From Escherichia phage TH12: DNA of 64,000 nt. Position numbers and translations under genes: made by a program. The first letter of the stretch is position 1, and each line of letters begins with the position of its first letter. Shown here piece after piece: positions 24,851-35,117 of the stretch. The stretch lies in sequence record MT446390.1. One strand, 5' to 3'. The notes beneath the pieces were generated by a model. That model saw nothing but the letters and a program-made list of their open reading frames with translations. It searched no databases and was not told the DNA's origin.

Positions 24851-26584
24851 TTACCCAATATCAATACGAGATCCGTCAACAGTATATTGTCCTGAAGCTA
24901 TTGAGCTCATTGTAGTCATTGTCTCAGACCAATTGCCAGCAACAGTCATATCAACATTACCATTGACAGTCCATTTAACATTACCATTGACAGTATAGTC
25001 ATGATTCCCTTCAACTTGAGTCTTAGCATCACCTTTAACAAGAATATCTGCATTTCCGTCAACAACTATTTTGATATTGCCCTTAACGTAAAGAGTTCCA
25101 TCGCCTTCAACAGTTTTAGTTTGGTTACCACGAATAAAGATTGTGTCGCTGCCATCTATTTGATGGAGGCGGTCTGCCATGTTATAATATATTTCATTAG
25201 CACCAACGTTAACAAGTTTATCACCAGAAATCAAGAAGTTCCCATCGCCATTAGTGATGTCAAAAAGGTCTTCTACAGTTTTACGAGTACGACGACCGGA
25301 TGGAGAAACTTCCTCATATGACCCTGTTGGATGAACTAAGCGATAACGTTCATTACCTGGAGTGTCGTCAAACTCTTGGATATGTCCGCTTTCTGTTTCC
25401 ATAGCATGAACATACGGGTATTCACCACGATAACTTGATTCCGGTTCTTTAAAAAGGATACGTGAATCTAATGGAACAGGAGGACTAGCCGGATCTTCTG
25501 GATCTGTATTTCTAGTAACTAAATCGGCACCAACACCAGGCGAAGGTGGTGTTTTAACAGGAACACCGTATGATTCCATGTTACCAGTTAAAATAATTGT
25601 TGTTACGCGTGAAGCACGTCCTTTAGTCTGTTGGAACCATAACGAATCACGCCCAGATTTGTATGCAGTTTTCCAATCGCCTGCGGCCATTGCTTTAAGC
25701 ATAGTATTGAATTTTGCTACACCGCCAACACCCATTTGGAAGCACATGTTTTCTAATGCCATTTGGCGAGACCTATTCATTTTGGCATAAACAGGACCTA
25801 CTTTAGAATTAGAACGAATATCTTTCTGCATCTTAGCAAGGTCTTTCTCAAATAACGCTGTTGCTTCTTCTAATGTAATAGTCCCGGGATTTCCTGTTAC
25901 TTCACGCCCTACTTGATCAGATAATAATTTATTAATTCGAGACATATCTCGGGTCTTTTCCATTACGATAAGGTGTCCAATACCTACTGTAGGATACCCT
26001 AGATGGTCCCAATACACTTTATCACGAAGTCCTTCGTCACGACGTAACATTTCTGTTATTGTAAAATTAGGGTCATCATCTTCTGGAATATTTGCTAAAT
26101 CTGTATCATCTGGGTTTATACCATAATCCAAGTTGTTATCTTGAATTACGTTAGAGTTTGAATAATAACCAGCTTCACCACCTTGGTTTAATACGTTCGT
26201 ATCATTACCTAAACGTCGCGGATATTGGCCAGTCGGGTCTGAAAAACCTTCAAGTCTATTAGGCTTTTCACGTACGATTCCGCCGTATGTACCAAGTACA
26301 ATCCCGTTTGTTTTCCATTTGTCTAAGAAATGACCATATACTCGAGTTCCTTCAACAGGACCTGTAACAGAACCACCAATACCTGAAATTGATGCAGACG
26401 TAATAGGTTGAATAACAGTCATCCACGGAAGTTTTTCTGTAGGAATACCTTGTACATCACCTTGTGCTCTCTGTGCTGGATGAAGACCAACGACTCGAAC
26501 TCGAACTCGCCCTTGTTTTAATGGGTCCATTCTGTCCTCAACAACACCCACGAACCAATTAAGGCTACTGCTAATCATTTCCAT
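24851..26584 (-). CDS. 5: baseplate hub + tail lysozyme, cell-puncturing device gp5
   Basis: 577 aa; MEMISSSLNWFVGVVEDRMDPLKQGRVRVRVVGLH...; C-terminal beta-helix repeats (VDGNADILVKGDAKTQVEGNHDYTVNGNVKWTVNGNVD). Confidence 0.95.
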   Translation of the reverse strand: MEMISSSLNWFVGVVEDRMDPLKQGRVRVRVVGLHPAQRAQGDVQGIPTEKLPWMTVIQPITSASISGIGGSVTGPVEGTRVYGHFLDKWKTNGIVLGTYGGIVREKPNRLEGFSDPTGQYPRRLGNDTNVLNQGGEAGYYSNSNVIQDNNLDYGINPDDTDLANIPEDDDPNFTITEMLRRDEGLRDKVYWDHLGYPTVGIGHLIVMEKTRDMSRINKLLSDQVGREVTGNPGTITLEEATALFEKDLAKMQKDIRSNSKVGPVYAKMNRSRQMALENMCFQMGVGGVAKFNTMLKAMAAGDWKTAYKSGRDSLWFQQTKGRASRVTTIILTGNMESYGVPVKTPPSPGVGADLVTRNTDPEDPASPPVPLDSRILFKEPESSYRGEYPYVHAMETESGHIQEFDDTPGNERYRLVHPTGSYEEVSPSGRRTRKTVEDLFDITNGDGNFLISGDKLVNVGANEIYYNMADRLHQIDGSDTIFIRGNQTKTVEGDGTLYVKGNIKIVVDGNADILVKGDAKTQVEGNHDYTVNGNVKWTVNGNVDMTVAGNWSETMTTMSSIASGQYTVDGSRIDIG

Positions 26585-27159
26585 TATGCAATCTCCATCT
26601 CACGAATCAAATCAGTAATAAACGAGTTTATATCTTCTTTTGCAACAATTTTTATTTTACGAAGTTTTTCATTATCTAATATTGCCGCTTCATAAGTATC
26701 TACTGCAGCTAAAGGTCCTTTATATTGCGGATACTTACGAGCTTCATCACCTTTATCATACCACACTAAAGGCTCGTCTGGATATGAAACTAAATTGTAA
26801 AATTTCTCACGGTTATCGTTAATATGGTAAAGAATTTGGTCTCCGCCAGCATTTGCATATTTCTGAATAGACGCTTGATACGCTGCTTCCTGAGATGTAA
26901 TCCAACCATAATACGGATCATAGTTATCATTACACATCAAAAGGACCCAGTATAATTGAGGGTTGCCATAAATTATGTTTGCTAGTTCTTCAGGACGTGG
27001 AGAGCCTTTAATGTAATAAGAACGTAATCTATAATTGGCAGCAACACGTTTAAAGTACTCTTTATAGTTACGAAATATGTCTGTCATAGGAATAGTAGGT
27101 GCATTCTTATCAACTGTTTTAGCACTATATCCTATTGGGTCGAAGAATGTAAATAACAA
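26584..27159 (-). CDS. 53: baseplate wedge protein gp53
   Basis: 191 aa; T4 synteny 53-5. Confidence 0.85.
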   Translation of the reverse strand: MLFTFFDPIGYSAKTVDKNAPTIPMTDIFRNYKEYFKRVAANYRLRSYYIKGSPRPEELANIIYGNPQLYWVLLMCNDNYDPYYGWITSQEAAYQASIQKYANAGGDQILYHINDNREKFYNLVSYPDEPLVWYDKGDEARKYPQYKGPLAAVDTYEAAILDNEKLRKIKIVAKEDINSFITDLIREMEIA

Positions 27160-27186
27160 AATAGTCTCCTTCCAATATTAAATTGG

Positions 27187-27194
27187 TATAAATA
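27187..27194 (+). promoter_or_regulatory. late promoter TATAAATA upstream of gene 4
   Basis: TATAAATA 27 nt upstream of ATG 27221, followed by RBS AAGGAGG. Confidence 0.55.
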
Positions 27195-27201
27195 ATAATA
27201 C

Positions 27202-27209
27202 TATTTATA
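27202..27209 (-). promoter_or_regulatory. late promoter TATAAATA (minus strand) upstream of gene 53
   Basis: Plus-strand TATTTATA about 44 nt upstream of gene 53 ATG. Confidence 0.45.
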
Positions 27210-27220
27210 AGGAGGACAAC

Positions 27221-27670
27221 ATGGCCTACTCTGGTAAATGGGTCCCAAAAAATTTAAAAAAATACCGTGGAGACCATACCAAAATAACGTATCGTTCAAA
27301 CTGGGAAAAATTCTTTTTCGAATGGTTGGATAAAAATCCGGAAATTATTGCATGGGGTAGTGAAACAGCCGTAATTCCATATTTTTGTAATGCTGAAGGT
27401 AAGAAACGTCGATACTATATGGACATATGGATGAAAGATGCATCAGGTCAAGAGTTCTTTGTAGAAATAAAACCAAAGAAAGAAACTCAACCACCTATTA
27501 AGCCTGCAAATCTTACGACCGCAGCAAAGAAACGTTATATGAATGAAATATACGTGTGGTCTGTGAACTGCGACAAATGGAAAGCTGCTTCTGCTGTCGC
27601 AGAAAAGAGAAATATAAAATTTCGAGTTCTAACCGAAGACGGACTTAGGAAACTCGGATACAAGGGGTAA
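27221..27670 (+). CDS. 4: head completion protein gp4
   Basis: 149 aa; divergent from gene 53 as in T4. Confidence 0.8.
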   Translation: MAYSGKWVPKNLKKYRGDHTKITYRSNWEKFFFEWLDKNPEIIAWGSETAVIPYFCNAEGKKRRYYMDIWMKDASGQEFFVEIKPKKETQPPIKPANLTTAAKKRYMNEIYVWSVNCDKWKAASAVAEKRNIKFRVLTEDGLRKLGYKG

Positions 27671-27672
27671 TT

Positions 27673-28494
27673 ATGAGCATATTCCAAATTATATCTGAAG
27701 GCGTACAAGCCCCTAAGATTGCTCAGTCTATGAATGAAAGAAAATGGATTGAGATAGGATTAGAATACAAGAAAGCTAAAGAGAAAGGAATCACTGCAAA
27801 AGCATTTGCAGAATCAAAAGGAATAAAATACTCGTCGTTTACATCTGCAATGTCTAGATATGCATCATCTATTAAGACTGCACAGAAAATTGAAACGCTT
27901 GAATCTAAACCTAAAAATAAACTCAATAAGCAAGAACGTCAACTTCTGATGATAAACTCGTTTCGCAGTTCAATACGAGAAAAGATTAGAAATGAAGGCG
28001 CAGCAGTAAACAACAAATCATCTAAGTGGTTTGCTGAAACAATTAAGAAAAGTGTAAAAGGTCATAAAGTAGTCAAGCCTACGCCAGGCAAAATTTATAC
28101 TTACGTGTATGATGCTAAACATAAAGATACTCTGCCATACTGGGACCGATATCCTTTGATTATTTATTTAGGATTAGGTAAACATAATTTGATGTATGGG
28201 CTAAACTTGCACTATATCCCACCTAAAGCACGACAACAGTTTCTTGAAGAATTGCTGAAGCAATATGCTAGCACAACTACTATTACTAATAACACAAAGT
28301 TGAAGATAGACTGGAGCAAGGTGAAAGGATTTCAAGGTGCTGACAAAATGATTAAAGCATACCTACCAGGCCACATTAGAGGAACAATAACAGAAATAGC
28401 TCCTAAAGACTGGGCTAACATAATCATGTTACCTACTCAGCAGTTTATGTCAAAAGGAAAACGTTTCTCTGCGAATACTGTTTGGAAATCTTAA
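27673..28494 (+). CDS. 2: DNA end protector protein gp2
   Basis: 273 aa basic protein; T4 gene order 4-2-3-1. Confidence 0.8.
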   Translation: MSIFQIISEGVQAPKIAQSMNERKWIEIGLEYKKAKEKGITAKAFAESKGIKYSSFTSAMSRYASSIKTAQKIETLESKPKNKLNKQERQLLMINSFRSSIREKIRNEGAAVNNKSSKWFAETIKKSVKGHKVVKPTPGKIYTYVYDAKHKDTLPYWDRYPLIIYLGLGKHNLMYGLNLHYIPPKARQQFLEELLKQYASTTTITNNTKLKIDWSKVKGFQGADKMIKAYLPGHIRGTITEIAPKDWANIIMLPTQQFMSKGKRFSANTVWKS

Positions 28495-28590
28495 TTCTAT
28501 TCTCTTCCGTTCTTCTGATATTCTGTTGAACCAGATTAATGGAAGAGACCTAAAACCATTATACTGTATTTTTATTAAAGCGTTTTTGAG

Positions 28591-29181
28591 GTGCTTATGA
28601 CTCGTCCAACGAGACAGATTTTTAACCAAACAAATATAACAAACTTTGTTGTGGATATCCCAGATAGTACACGAACTTCAGGTTTTGTGCTCAATGCCCA
28701 AACGGCACCATTGCCAGGTGTGAGAATTCCTGTTGTTGAAACTGTGACAGGCACAATGGGGCTAGGGCGTGCAATGCGTGCAGGCACAACATTTGAATAT
28801 GACCCTTTTATTGTACGATTTATAGTTGATGAAGACATGACGTCCTGGATGAACATGTATAAATGGATGCTCAGCACTAATAACTATATAACCGGACATA
28901 ATACGGCCCATGCTGATGGTCCTGAGTTTGTTACTTTGCACATTTTAAACAACAATAAGACTGAAGTCGTTTTGACGGCAAATTTCTATAAACCATGGAT
29001 TTCTGATTTGAGCGAAATTGAATTTAGTTACACTGAAGATTCTGATCCTGCCGTTACGTGCGTAGCAACTATTCATTACGCGTATATGACGATAGAAAAA
29101 GACGGTGAAGTCATTGTATCTCAACAACCACGTCAGGCTGCCGAATCTAAATCCATTTCTAGACACCCTTCCTTGCGTTAA
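28591..29181 (+). CDS. 3: tail completion / sheath stabilizer gp3
   Basis: 196 aa ORF by position in T4 order; track start appears non-ATG, an in-frame ATG lies 2 codons downstream. Confidence 0.7.
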   Translation: MLMTRPTRQIFNQTNITNFVVDIPDSTRTSGFVLNAQTAPLPGVRIPVVETVTGTMGLGRAMRAGTTFEYDPFIVRFIVDEDMTSWMNMYKWMLSTNNYITGHNTAHADGPEFVTLHILNNNKTEVVLTANFYKPWISDLSEIEFSYTEDSDPAVTCVATIHYAYMTIEKDGEVIVSQQPRQAAESKSISRHPSLR

Positions 29182-29235
29182 TCGCTTCTAGCTCCGTATG
29201 TTATAATCACTCATAAATTATATGAGGAAAAACCT

Positions 29236-29970
29236 ATGGAGCTAATCTTTTTAAGTGGCATCAAACGTAGTGGTAAAGACACTACTGCTGATTACATCAA
29301 TTCAAACTTTAAATCCGTAAAATACCAATTAGCATATCCAATTAAAGACGCTCTAGCAATAGCCTGGGGGCGTAGACATGCCGAAAACCCTGATGTATTC
29401 ACAGAGTTGAAATACGAATACTTTGAAGGCATTGGATACGACCGTGAAACACCATTAAATCTCAATAAGTTGGATGTTATTGAATTATTGGAAGAAGCGC
29501 TAATTTATTTACAAAGTCAATATTTACCAATTAATAATGTTAAAGTATTATCATCGTTAGAAGGTGGATATTCATATCTAGATATTAAACCATATGAAGC
29601 CCTGCGTGAAGCTATAAATAATATCAACGACACATGGTCAATCCGCCGTCTTATGCAAGCCCTCGGTACGGATGTTGTCGTTAATTTATTTGACCGTATG
29701 TATTGGGTTAAGCTTTTTGCATTAAACTATATGGATTATATTGGAAGTGATTTCGATTACTACGTTGTGACCGATACACGCCAAGTCCATGAAATGGAAA
29801 CCGCTAGAGCGATGGGTGCTACAGTTATTCATGTGGTTCGCTCTGGTACGGAATCCACTGATAAACATATTACAGAAGCTGGGTTGCCTATTGAAGAAGG
29901 CGACTTAGTTATTACAAACGACGGCTCGTTAGAAGAGCTTTATTCTAAAATTGAAAAAATCTTAAGGTAA
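29236..29970 (+). CDS. 1: deoxynucleoside monophosphate kinase gp1
   Basis: 244 aa; MELIFLSGIKRSGKDTTADYINSNF... (P-loop) matches T4 gp1. Confidence 0.9.
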   Translation: MELIFLSGIKRSGKDTTADYINSNFKSVKYQLAYPIKDALAIAWGRRHAENPDVFTELKYEYFEGIGYDRETPLNLNKLDVIELLEEALIYLQSQYLPINNVKVLSSLEGGYSYLDIKPYEALREAINNINDTWSIRRLMQALGTDVVVNLFDRMYWVKLFALNYMDYIGSDFDYYVVTDTRQVHEMETARAMGATVIHVVRSGTESTDKHITEAGLPIEEGDLVITNDGSLEELYSKIEKILR

Positions 29971-29974
29971 TAAA

Positions 29975-30660
<686 letters not shown>

Positions 30661-30673
30661 TTTTACAAAACAG

Positions 30674-30707
30674 TTTACATAAGGATGATGGCGTGTTACT
30701 ATCATCC
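30674..30707 (+). promoter_or_regulatory. early promoter with stem-loop (PeSL-like cassette)
   Basis: GTTTAC at 30674-30679, TACTAT 17 nt downstream, inverted repeat GGATGAT/ATCATCC flanking the -10. Confidence 0.6.
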
Positions 30708-30736
30708 TATCAAATAAACGACCTCAAGGAAATAAA

Positions 30737-31024
30737 ATGAAAACCTATAAAGAATTTATATCACCTGATGCTAACGTTTCTACTCTGACTGAAGCAACCC
30801 TTACTTCCGAAGTTATTAAAGCAAATAAAGGACGTGAGGGCAAACCAATGATTAGTCTGGTTGACGGCGAAGAAGTAAAAGGTACTGTTTACTTAGGGGA
30901 TGGATGGTCTGCTAAGAAAGATGGCGCTACTATTGTTATCTCTCCGGCTGAAGAGACTGCACTGTTTAAAGCTAAGCATATTTCTGTAGCTCAGCTTAAA
31001 ATTATTGCAAAAACCCTTCTGTAA
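30737..31024 (+). CDS. ipI: internal protein I (IPI)-like, capsid-targeted
   Basis: 95 aa; N-terminal capsid targeting sequence MKTYKEFI...; C-terminus GWSAKKDGATIVISPAEETALFKAKHIS resembles T4 IPI. Confidence 0.8.
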   Translation: MKTYKEFISPDANVSTLTEATLTSEVIKANKGREGKPMISLVDGEEVKGTVYLGDGWSAKKDGATIVISPAEETALFKAKHISVAQLKIIAKTLL

Positions 31025-31027
31025 GTA

Positions 31028-31065
31028 GTTTACATGCTAATAGGACTATGTTATAGTAGTCCTAT
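31028..31065 (+). promoter_or_regulatory. early promoter / stem-loop cassette
   Basis: GTTTAC -35; 26-nt palindromic element ATAGGACTATGTTATAGTAGTCCTAT at 31040-31065 containing the -10. Confidence 0.6.
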
Positions 31066-31087
31066 CAAAATTAATTAGGAAAATAAA

Positions 31088-31396
31088 ATGAAAACCTATA
31101 AAGAATTTATCAATGAAGCGGCTGCACCAAAGACATTTGTTATTAATACTCAAGCGAGTCTTGATGATGAGTACGCGGATGCAATTCTGAGGTCACTTGC
31201 TAAGAACGGTGTTGAAGTATCTGCATCAGACTTTAAGAAAGGGTCTTCCGAGATGTTTATTTCTATAACTAAAGGATCTAAAGCTAAGATTAAATCATCA
31301 TTCGGAGTTGCTCGCACCGATCAAATCGACAGTCATGACTTTAAACAAACTGGTGTTAAACGGCAGAATACGATTGCATCACGCGGAATAAAATAG
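31088..31396 (+). CDS. internal-protein-like protein with capsid targeting sequence
   Basis: 102 aa; N-terminus MKTYKEFINEAAAPK (CTS-like, Glu at position 10). Confidence 0.65.
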   Translation: MKTYKEFINEAAAPKTFVINTQASLDDEYADAILRSLAKNGVEVSASDFKKGSSEMFISITKGSKAKIKSSFGVARTDQIDSHDFKQTGVKRQNTIASRGIK

Positions 31397-31407
31397 TTTA
31401 TAAAACC

Positions 31408-31444
31408 GTTTACTTTTAGATAGGGTGGTGATACTATTACCCTA
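31408..31444 (+). promoter_or_regulatory. early promoter / stem-loop cassette
   Basis: GTTTAC, TACTAT, inverted repeat TAGGGT/ACCCTA. Confidence 0.55.
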
Positions 31445-31465
31445 TCAACTACTGAGGAGAATAAA

Positions 31466-31651
31466 ATGAAACGCGCTGAACTGATTCGTAATGTTGCTGT
31501 AGTAATTGCTTCAATGGCTTTTAGTTTTTCGATGTTTGTAGGATTCATTTGTGGACTACTGACAACAACAGAAAATTCTATCTCATTGGTAGTAGCATTT
31601 CTAATCGGCTTAATCGCTATCGTTATGGATAAAATTGCAAAAGGTGAGTAA
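31466..31651 (+). CDS. small hydrophobic (membrane) protein
   Basis: 61 aa ORF with RBS GAGGAG; predicted TM helices. Confidence 0.45.
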   Translation: MKRAELIRNVAVVIASMAFSFSMFVGFICGLLTTTENSISLVVAFLIGLIAIVMDKIAKGE

Positions 31652-31652
31652 A

Positions 31653-32015
31653 ATGAAATATCATGTATATGCGGATTTTGAAGCAAATCCTTCTAAAGAC
31701 CCTGATTGTCGTTTGATACGCAAACCATTTGATTCAGCGGCTCAAGCATGGGCTTGGATTAAAACTTGTACTCCTTCTTACACTTTCTTTGAAGTGGTAG
31801 ATGATAACGGCATTCTGCATCCAGAACCTACAGAAACTATTAATTTCCTTCTGTTTGCTGGTTACGACTGTTATCCTCTTGGCGGTATTGACGATCTTGT
31901 TGCTACAGGAAAAACTGTTGAAGCTCTTCGTGAAATCTACAAAAATGCTGAAGAAAATTTTGACTGGTACCAGATTGTAAATGCACATACTTTTGAAGCG
32001 GTGGAACACTCATGA
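31653..32015 (+). CDS. hypothetical protein
   Basis: Start moved to ATG 31653 (MKYHVYADFEANPSKD...) with RBS AAGGTGAG. Confidence 0.5.
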   Translation: MKYHVYADFEANPSKDPDCRLIRKPFDSAAQAWAWIKTCTPSYTFFEVVDDNGILHPEPTETINFLLFAGYDCYPLGGIDDLVATGKTVEALREIYKNAEENFDWYQIVNAHTFEAVEHS

Positions 32016-32302
32016 TTCTTTATGCTAAAGTAAAATCTGTCGAGAATGGATACGAAAGCGATCAACGTGCAGCTAAAGCATTGATCGATGATTATGGCAT
32101 TTTAACATATTTTGAAGTTGAAAAGGTTTACATTGACCGTTCGTCTTCACAGGTTAAATTACTCTGTGAAGATGATAAATTTAACACAGTTAACTTTGAT
32201 TTCTTTATTGAAACAGAAAAAGGCCCTCTTGAATATGATATTTTCAAGAATCCTTTGAAATTACGTTGCATTGAATATAATTACATTAATATGGTACGGT
32301 GA
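32012..32302 (+). CDS. hypothetical protein
   Basis: 96 aa ORF, ATGA overlap with upstream gene. Confidence 0.5.
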   Translation: MILYAKVKSVENGYESDQRAAKALIDDYGILTYFEVEKVYIDRSSSQVKLLCEDDKFNTVNFDFFIETEKGPLEYDIFKNPLKLRCIEYNYINMVR

Positions 32303-32306
32303 TTAA

Positions 32307-32822
32307 ATGAATATTCGATTAGGCAGTACAATTCCTAAGGGCTACGTAATTGATGTCACTACCTATGAAAGTGATGGTGACAACTATAAAACCAAAACAT
32401 TGTTTGAAGTGGAAGAGCATGAGCTCCAACAGTTTAAATATCTCTTGAAGAAATTTAAGAGCCGTCATTCTAGCACCAAAGCCGAACGTTATTGCGGTAA
32501 TACACCATTCGGTCGTTGCTCGCTTATTATCTACGAATATCTGGTTGAAGGACTGTTCTCAGACCAACTCCAACCGGAATTCATTAAAAAGGTCTTTGGT
32601 ATCGAAGTAGACCTTGGTGATAAATCTGAAGAAGACGAAGCCCGCGTATTCGACCTGTTCTTTGTGAAAGGCGATGAGATATCTCAAGGACTTATTGATA
32701 TTCTTGGCTATGCTTCTGAATACTACGACTATGATTTCTTGCGTGTAGTTGAACGTGTTGAATTCGCTTATATTGAAGAAGAAATTGTTTTGCCGACTGT
32801 TAAAATGATTGATTTGCTTTAA
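32307..32822 (+). CDS. hypothetical protein
   Basis: 171 aa ORF in operon context. Confidence 0.5.
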   Translation: MNIRLGSTIPKGYVIDVTTYESDGDNYKTKTLFEVEEHELQQFKYLLKKFKSRHSSTKAERYCGNTPFGRCSLIIYEYLVEGLFSDQLQPEFIKKVFGIEVDLGDKSEEDEARVFDLFFVKGDEISQGLIDILGYASEYYDYDFLRVVERVEFAYIEEEIVLPTVKMIDLL

Positions 32823-32901
32823 GAATTATGTGTTATTATTAATTCATACCCTCTATTACCAAAGGTGCTCTAAAGTGCCTTTCATAATAGAAAGTTATTA
32901 A

Positions 32902-32976
32902 GGCCCTGTAGCTCAATGGGAGAGCTGTCAGCTCATAACTGATAGGTAGCTGGATCGAAACCAGCCAGGGTCACCA
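32902..32976 (+). tRNA. tRNA, anticodon CAT (Met or Ile2/lysidine type)
   Basis: Manual cloverleaf: acceptor GGCCCTG/CAGGGTC, D-arm GCTC-AATGGGA-GAGC, anticodon loop CTCATAA, T-arm GCTGG-ATCGAAA-CCAGC, discriminator A + CCA. Confidence 0.7.
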
Positions 32977-32979
32977 ATC

Positions 32980-33056
<77 letters not shown>

Positions 33057-33074
33057 ACTTTAAGTGAGGAAAAT

Positions 33075-33419
33075 ATGAAAGGCAATATTTATTTTGTAGT
33101 TCATGATTTAACGTTTTATTTTAATGAATATGATACAGTTATTTCTCATCGATTGATTAATTCACTTTATCAGCATGCCGATTACATCTATGTTCAAAAT
33201 GAATTCGGACATTGGAAGTTCATTAAAAACCGTTCAGGGTTAACTAGTTTTGAATACTTTGATCGTAAAGACCTTTTAAACGAAATCCCATTGCAACATC
33301 GGTTTCAGAAACGTGAATCATTATATTATTGCCGTCATATACCAAACGCCGAATGTGTTAATGAAGCGATTAATCTATGGCGTCGGCGTCGAGAGCAAAT
33401 TGATGATATGCCAAAATAA
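33075..33419 (+). CDS. hypothetical protein downstream of tRNA pair
   Basis: Start trimmed to ATG 33075 (MKGNIYFVVHDL...) with RBS GAGGAAA; the longer track ORF overlaps tRNA-Arg. Confidence 0.45.
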   Translation: MKGNIYFVVHDLTFYFNEYDTVISHRLINSLYQHADYIYVQNEFGHWKFIKNRSGLTSFEYFDRKDLLNEIPLQHRFQKRESLYYCRHIPNAECVNEAINLWRRRREQIDDMPK

Positions 33420-33519
33420 GAAGCCGGGTCGCTACCGGCAAGTCGTCGGACTGATGTTCCCTGAGTAAGGACTGGTCTTAATAAATCTTTACGATTTGTT
33501 AATATCCCCTTACATCACA

Positions 33520-33680
33520 GCAGAAACGGCGCACAGAATTATCGATTCGAGGAAATATCTTTGCCGTAAGCCGAGTAGCGTTTTTGACGGAACGTTCGGA
33601 TATGGTCGAGATATGGCCTTTTAAAAATATTGAGTAGCGTCAACTGCTTAATAACCGGGTTCGAATCCCGGCGTTTCGTA
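33520..33680 (+). ncRNA. candidate structured small RNA (tRNA-like T-arm motif); boundaries approximate
   Basis: No ORF; contains CCGGGTTCGAATCCCGG (T-arm-like) but no complete cloverleaf could be folded by eye; T4 carries small stable RNAs (rnaC/rnaD) in its tRNA cluster. Confidence 0.25.
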
Positions 33681-33722
33681 CAAACACTTGCCTTAGTAGG
33701 TGGAAACCCCGACAAGGTATAT

Positions 33723-33752
33723 AGCCCCTTCCGAAAGGTTGGGGCTTTTTTG
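33723..33752 (+). terminator. rho-independent terminator
   Basis: AGCCCC-ttccgaaaggtt-GGGGCT followed by TTTTTT. Confidence 0.7.
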
Positions 33753-33760
33753 TATAAATA
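33753..33760 (+). promoter_or_regulatory. late promoter TATAAATA
   Basis: TATAAATA 36 nt upstream of ATG 33796. Confidence 0.5.
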
Positions 33761-33795
33761 TAGTAAACAATAAACCTACTTTCTAAGGACCATCA

Positions 33796-34422
33796 ATGTA
33801 TACTTTTAATGAATTTTTAGCCGAAACGGAAGTAATCACCGAAGCCGGTGTACGTATGACAAAAGAGAAATGGCAAGCTGCTTACGATGCTATTTCTGGT
33901 ACAAAAACTAGTACAGAGTTTTTCAAAAACGTTCAAGCCATGTACGGTATCGACACTTCCAGCCAAAAAGAATATTACAGAGCTTCTAAAGCATTCAAAG
34001 ATATTGTTAGTGGTGGTGTTTCTGCTAAATCTGGTTCGCCTAAAGTAAAACCTGCTCCTACCATTCCTAAACCTGCGACCCCTAAAGCAATAGCAAAACC
34101 TGAGCCTAAGCCGGAAGTAAAAGCAACTCCTAAAGCTCCCGCTCTTAAGTTTGATACTTCTAGCCTGGAAAAAAAATATAAACAACTATCTTCGCTTGTT
34201 CGTGATATTGAATCCGATACATCTTCACTCGTTCGTGAATTCAACAGTCTTCGTAATGGCCAACATATCAACAACCTTGATACCCCAGACCTTTATCGTC
34301 TTTATTTGACTATCGAAGGTTTGAAGTATACTCAACCACTTCACGATGCGATTAAAGAAAAACTTCGTCAGGCAGGTCGTTTGGCCGCTGACGCTGCTCA
34401 GTATGCAAAAACTCGTAAGTAA
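33796..34422 (+). CDS. internal-protein-like protein (IPIII-like), capsid-targeted
   Basis: 208 aa; N-terminus MYTFNEFLAETEVITEAG resembles a capsid targeting sequence; Lys/Pro/Ala-rich basic middle region; preceded by a late promoter. Confidence 0.55.
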   Translation: MYTFNEFLAETEVITEAGVRMTKEKWQAAYDAISGTKTSTEFFKNVQAMYGIDTSSQKEYYRASKAFKDIVSGGVSAKSGSPKVKPAPTIPKPATPKAIAKPEPKPEVKATPKAPALKFDTSSLEKKYKQLSSLVRDIESDTSSLVREFNSLRNGQHINNLDTPDLYRLYLTIEGLKYTQPLHDAIKEKLRQAGRLAADAAQYAKTRK

Positions 34423-34427
34423 AGAAT

Positions 34428-34446
34428 GGGGACTTCGGTCCCCTTT
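34428..34446 (+). terminator. terminator hairpin
   Basis: GGGGAC-ttcg-GTCCCC tetraloop hairpin then TTTAGG. Confidence 0.5.
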
Positions 34447-34474
34447 AGGGGGTCTATAACTTACTGAAAAAGTT

Positions 34475-34503
34475 GTTTACTTCTTCCCTAGATGTGTTAC
34501 TAT
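34475..34503 (+). promoter_or_regulatory. early promoter
   Basis: GTTTAC, 17 nt, TACTAT. Confidence 0.55.
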
Positions 34504-34531
34504 GGTCCTATTAAAACATGAGGAGAATAGT

Positions 34532-34837
34532 ATGAGTCTTTATACTGAACTGAATAAAAAATCTGAAGAATCTGCTGAAACTATTTTTAAAAACGTGCAA
34601 AAGCGTATTTTAGAAAAGATGTATAACACTGCAGCTAAAGGTGAAAAATCTTGCCGGTTCCCGATGAGGTGTTCTTCTGATTTATGCGCAAATACTATTG
34701 AATGGCTGGAAAGTGAAGGTCTTACGGTAGAGAAAAACCCGGCGATTTCTATTGACAGCGAATCATATATTAGTATTTCTTGGGATAAACCACGTACGAA
34801 TGAAGGATACTACAAGTTGTTAAGTTGGAAAAATTAA
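34532..34837 (+). CDS. hypothetical protein
   Basis: Start set to ATG 34532 (MSLYTELNKKSEES...) after RBS GAGGAGAA. Confidence 0.5.
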   Translation: MSLYTELNKKSEESAETIFKNVQKRILEKMYNTAAKGEKSCRFPMRCSSDLCANTIEWLESEGLTVEKNPAISIDSESYISISWDKPRTNEGYYKLLSWKN

Positions 34838-34905
34838 AAATAATGATGTACAAACACCAAGGATGGTGATACTATAGACTTATCAACTACAGAGGAGTAA
34901 ACAAA

Positions 34906-35070
34906 ATGACTACTTTAATTATTTGGTTCGATGAAAATGAAGAAACATACTGTGTGAATATTGGTGAAAGTCCAATGCCTGAATTTGAATCCTCAGATAA
35001 AAACTCTGTTGTATCTTGGGCTGAAGGTTATAAAGCCGCTAAAGGTGACGTTGAAATAATTTACATCTAA
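34906..35070 (+). CDS. small hypothetical protein (54 aa, not in ORF track)
   Basis: ATG preceded by RBS AGAGGAG and an upstream promoter-like cassette; reads MTTLIIWFDENEETYCVNIGESPMPEFESS... Confidence 0.4.
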   Translation: MTTLIIWFDENEETYCVNIGESPMPEFESSDKNSVVSWAEGYKAAKGDVEIIYI

Positions 35071-35117
35071 GTACGTTTATGTTATAGTAATCACATCAAA
35101 TCAAGAGGAGAAACAAA

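Noticed and set aside
28591-28596. Exact start codon of gene 3
   Set aside because: My manual base counting around 28590-28620 did not reconcile cleanly with the ORF-track frame (possible miscount in a T-run); the track coordinates were kept and the start flagged as uncertain rather than re-called
31333-31686. Minus-strand ORFs inside the plus-strand accessory module (e.g. 31333-31686, 33817-34185, 35541-36059, 39546-40025, 41423-41764, 41920-42264, 51851-52207, 56939-57151)
   Set aside because: Antisense to better-supported plus-strand genes (including e, denV, IP-like genes and the ATPase); no promoter or RBS support
33640-33680. Possible third tRNA around the GGTTCGAATCC motif
   Set aside because: I could not pair a 7-bp acceptor stem or find a D-arm and anticodon arm at tRNA spacing; left as a candidate structured RNA rather than a tRNA
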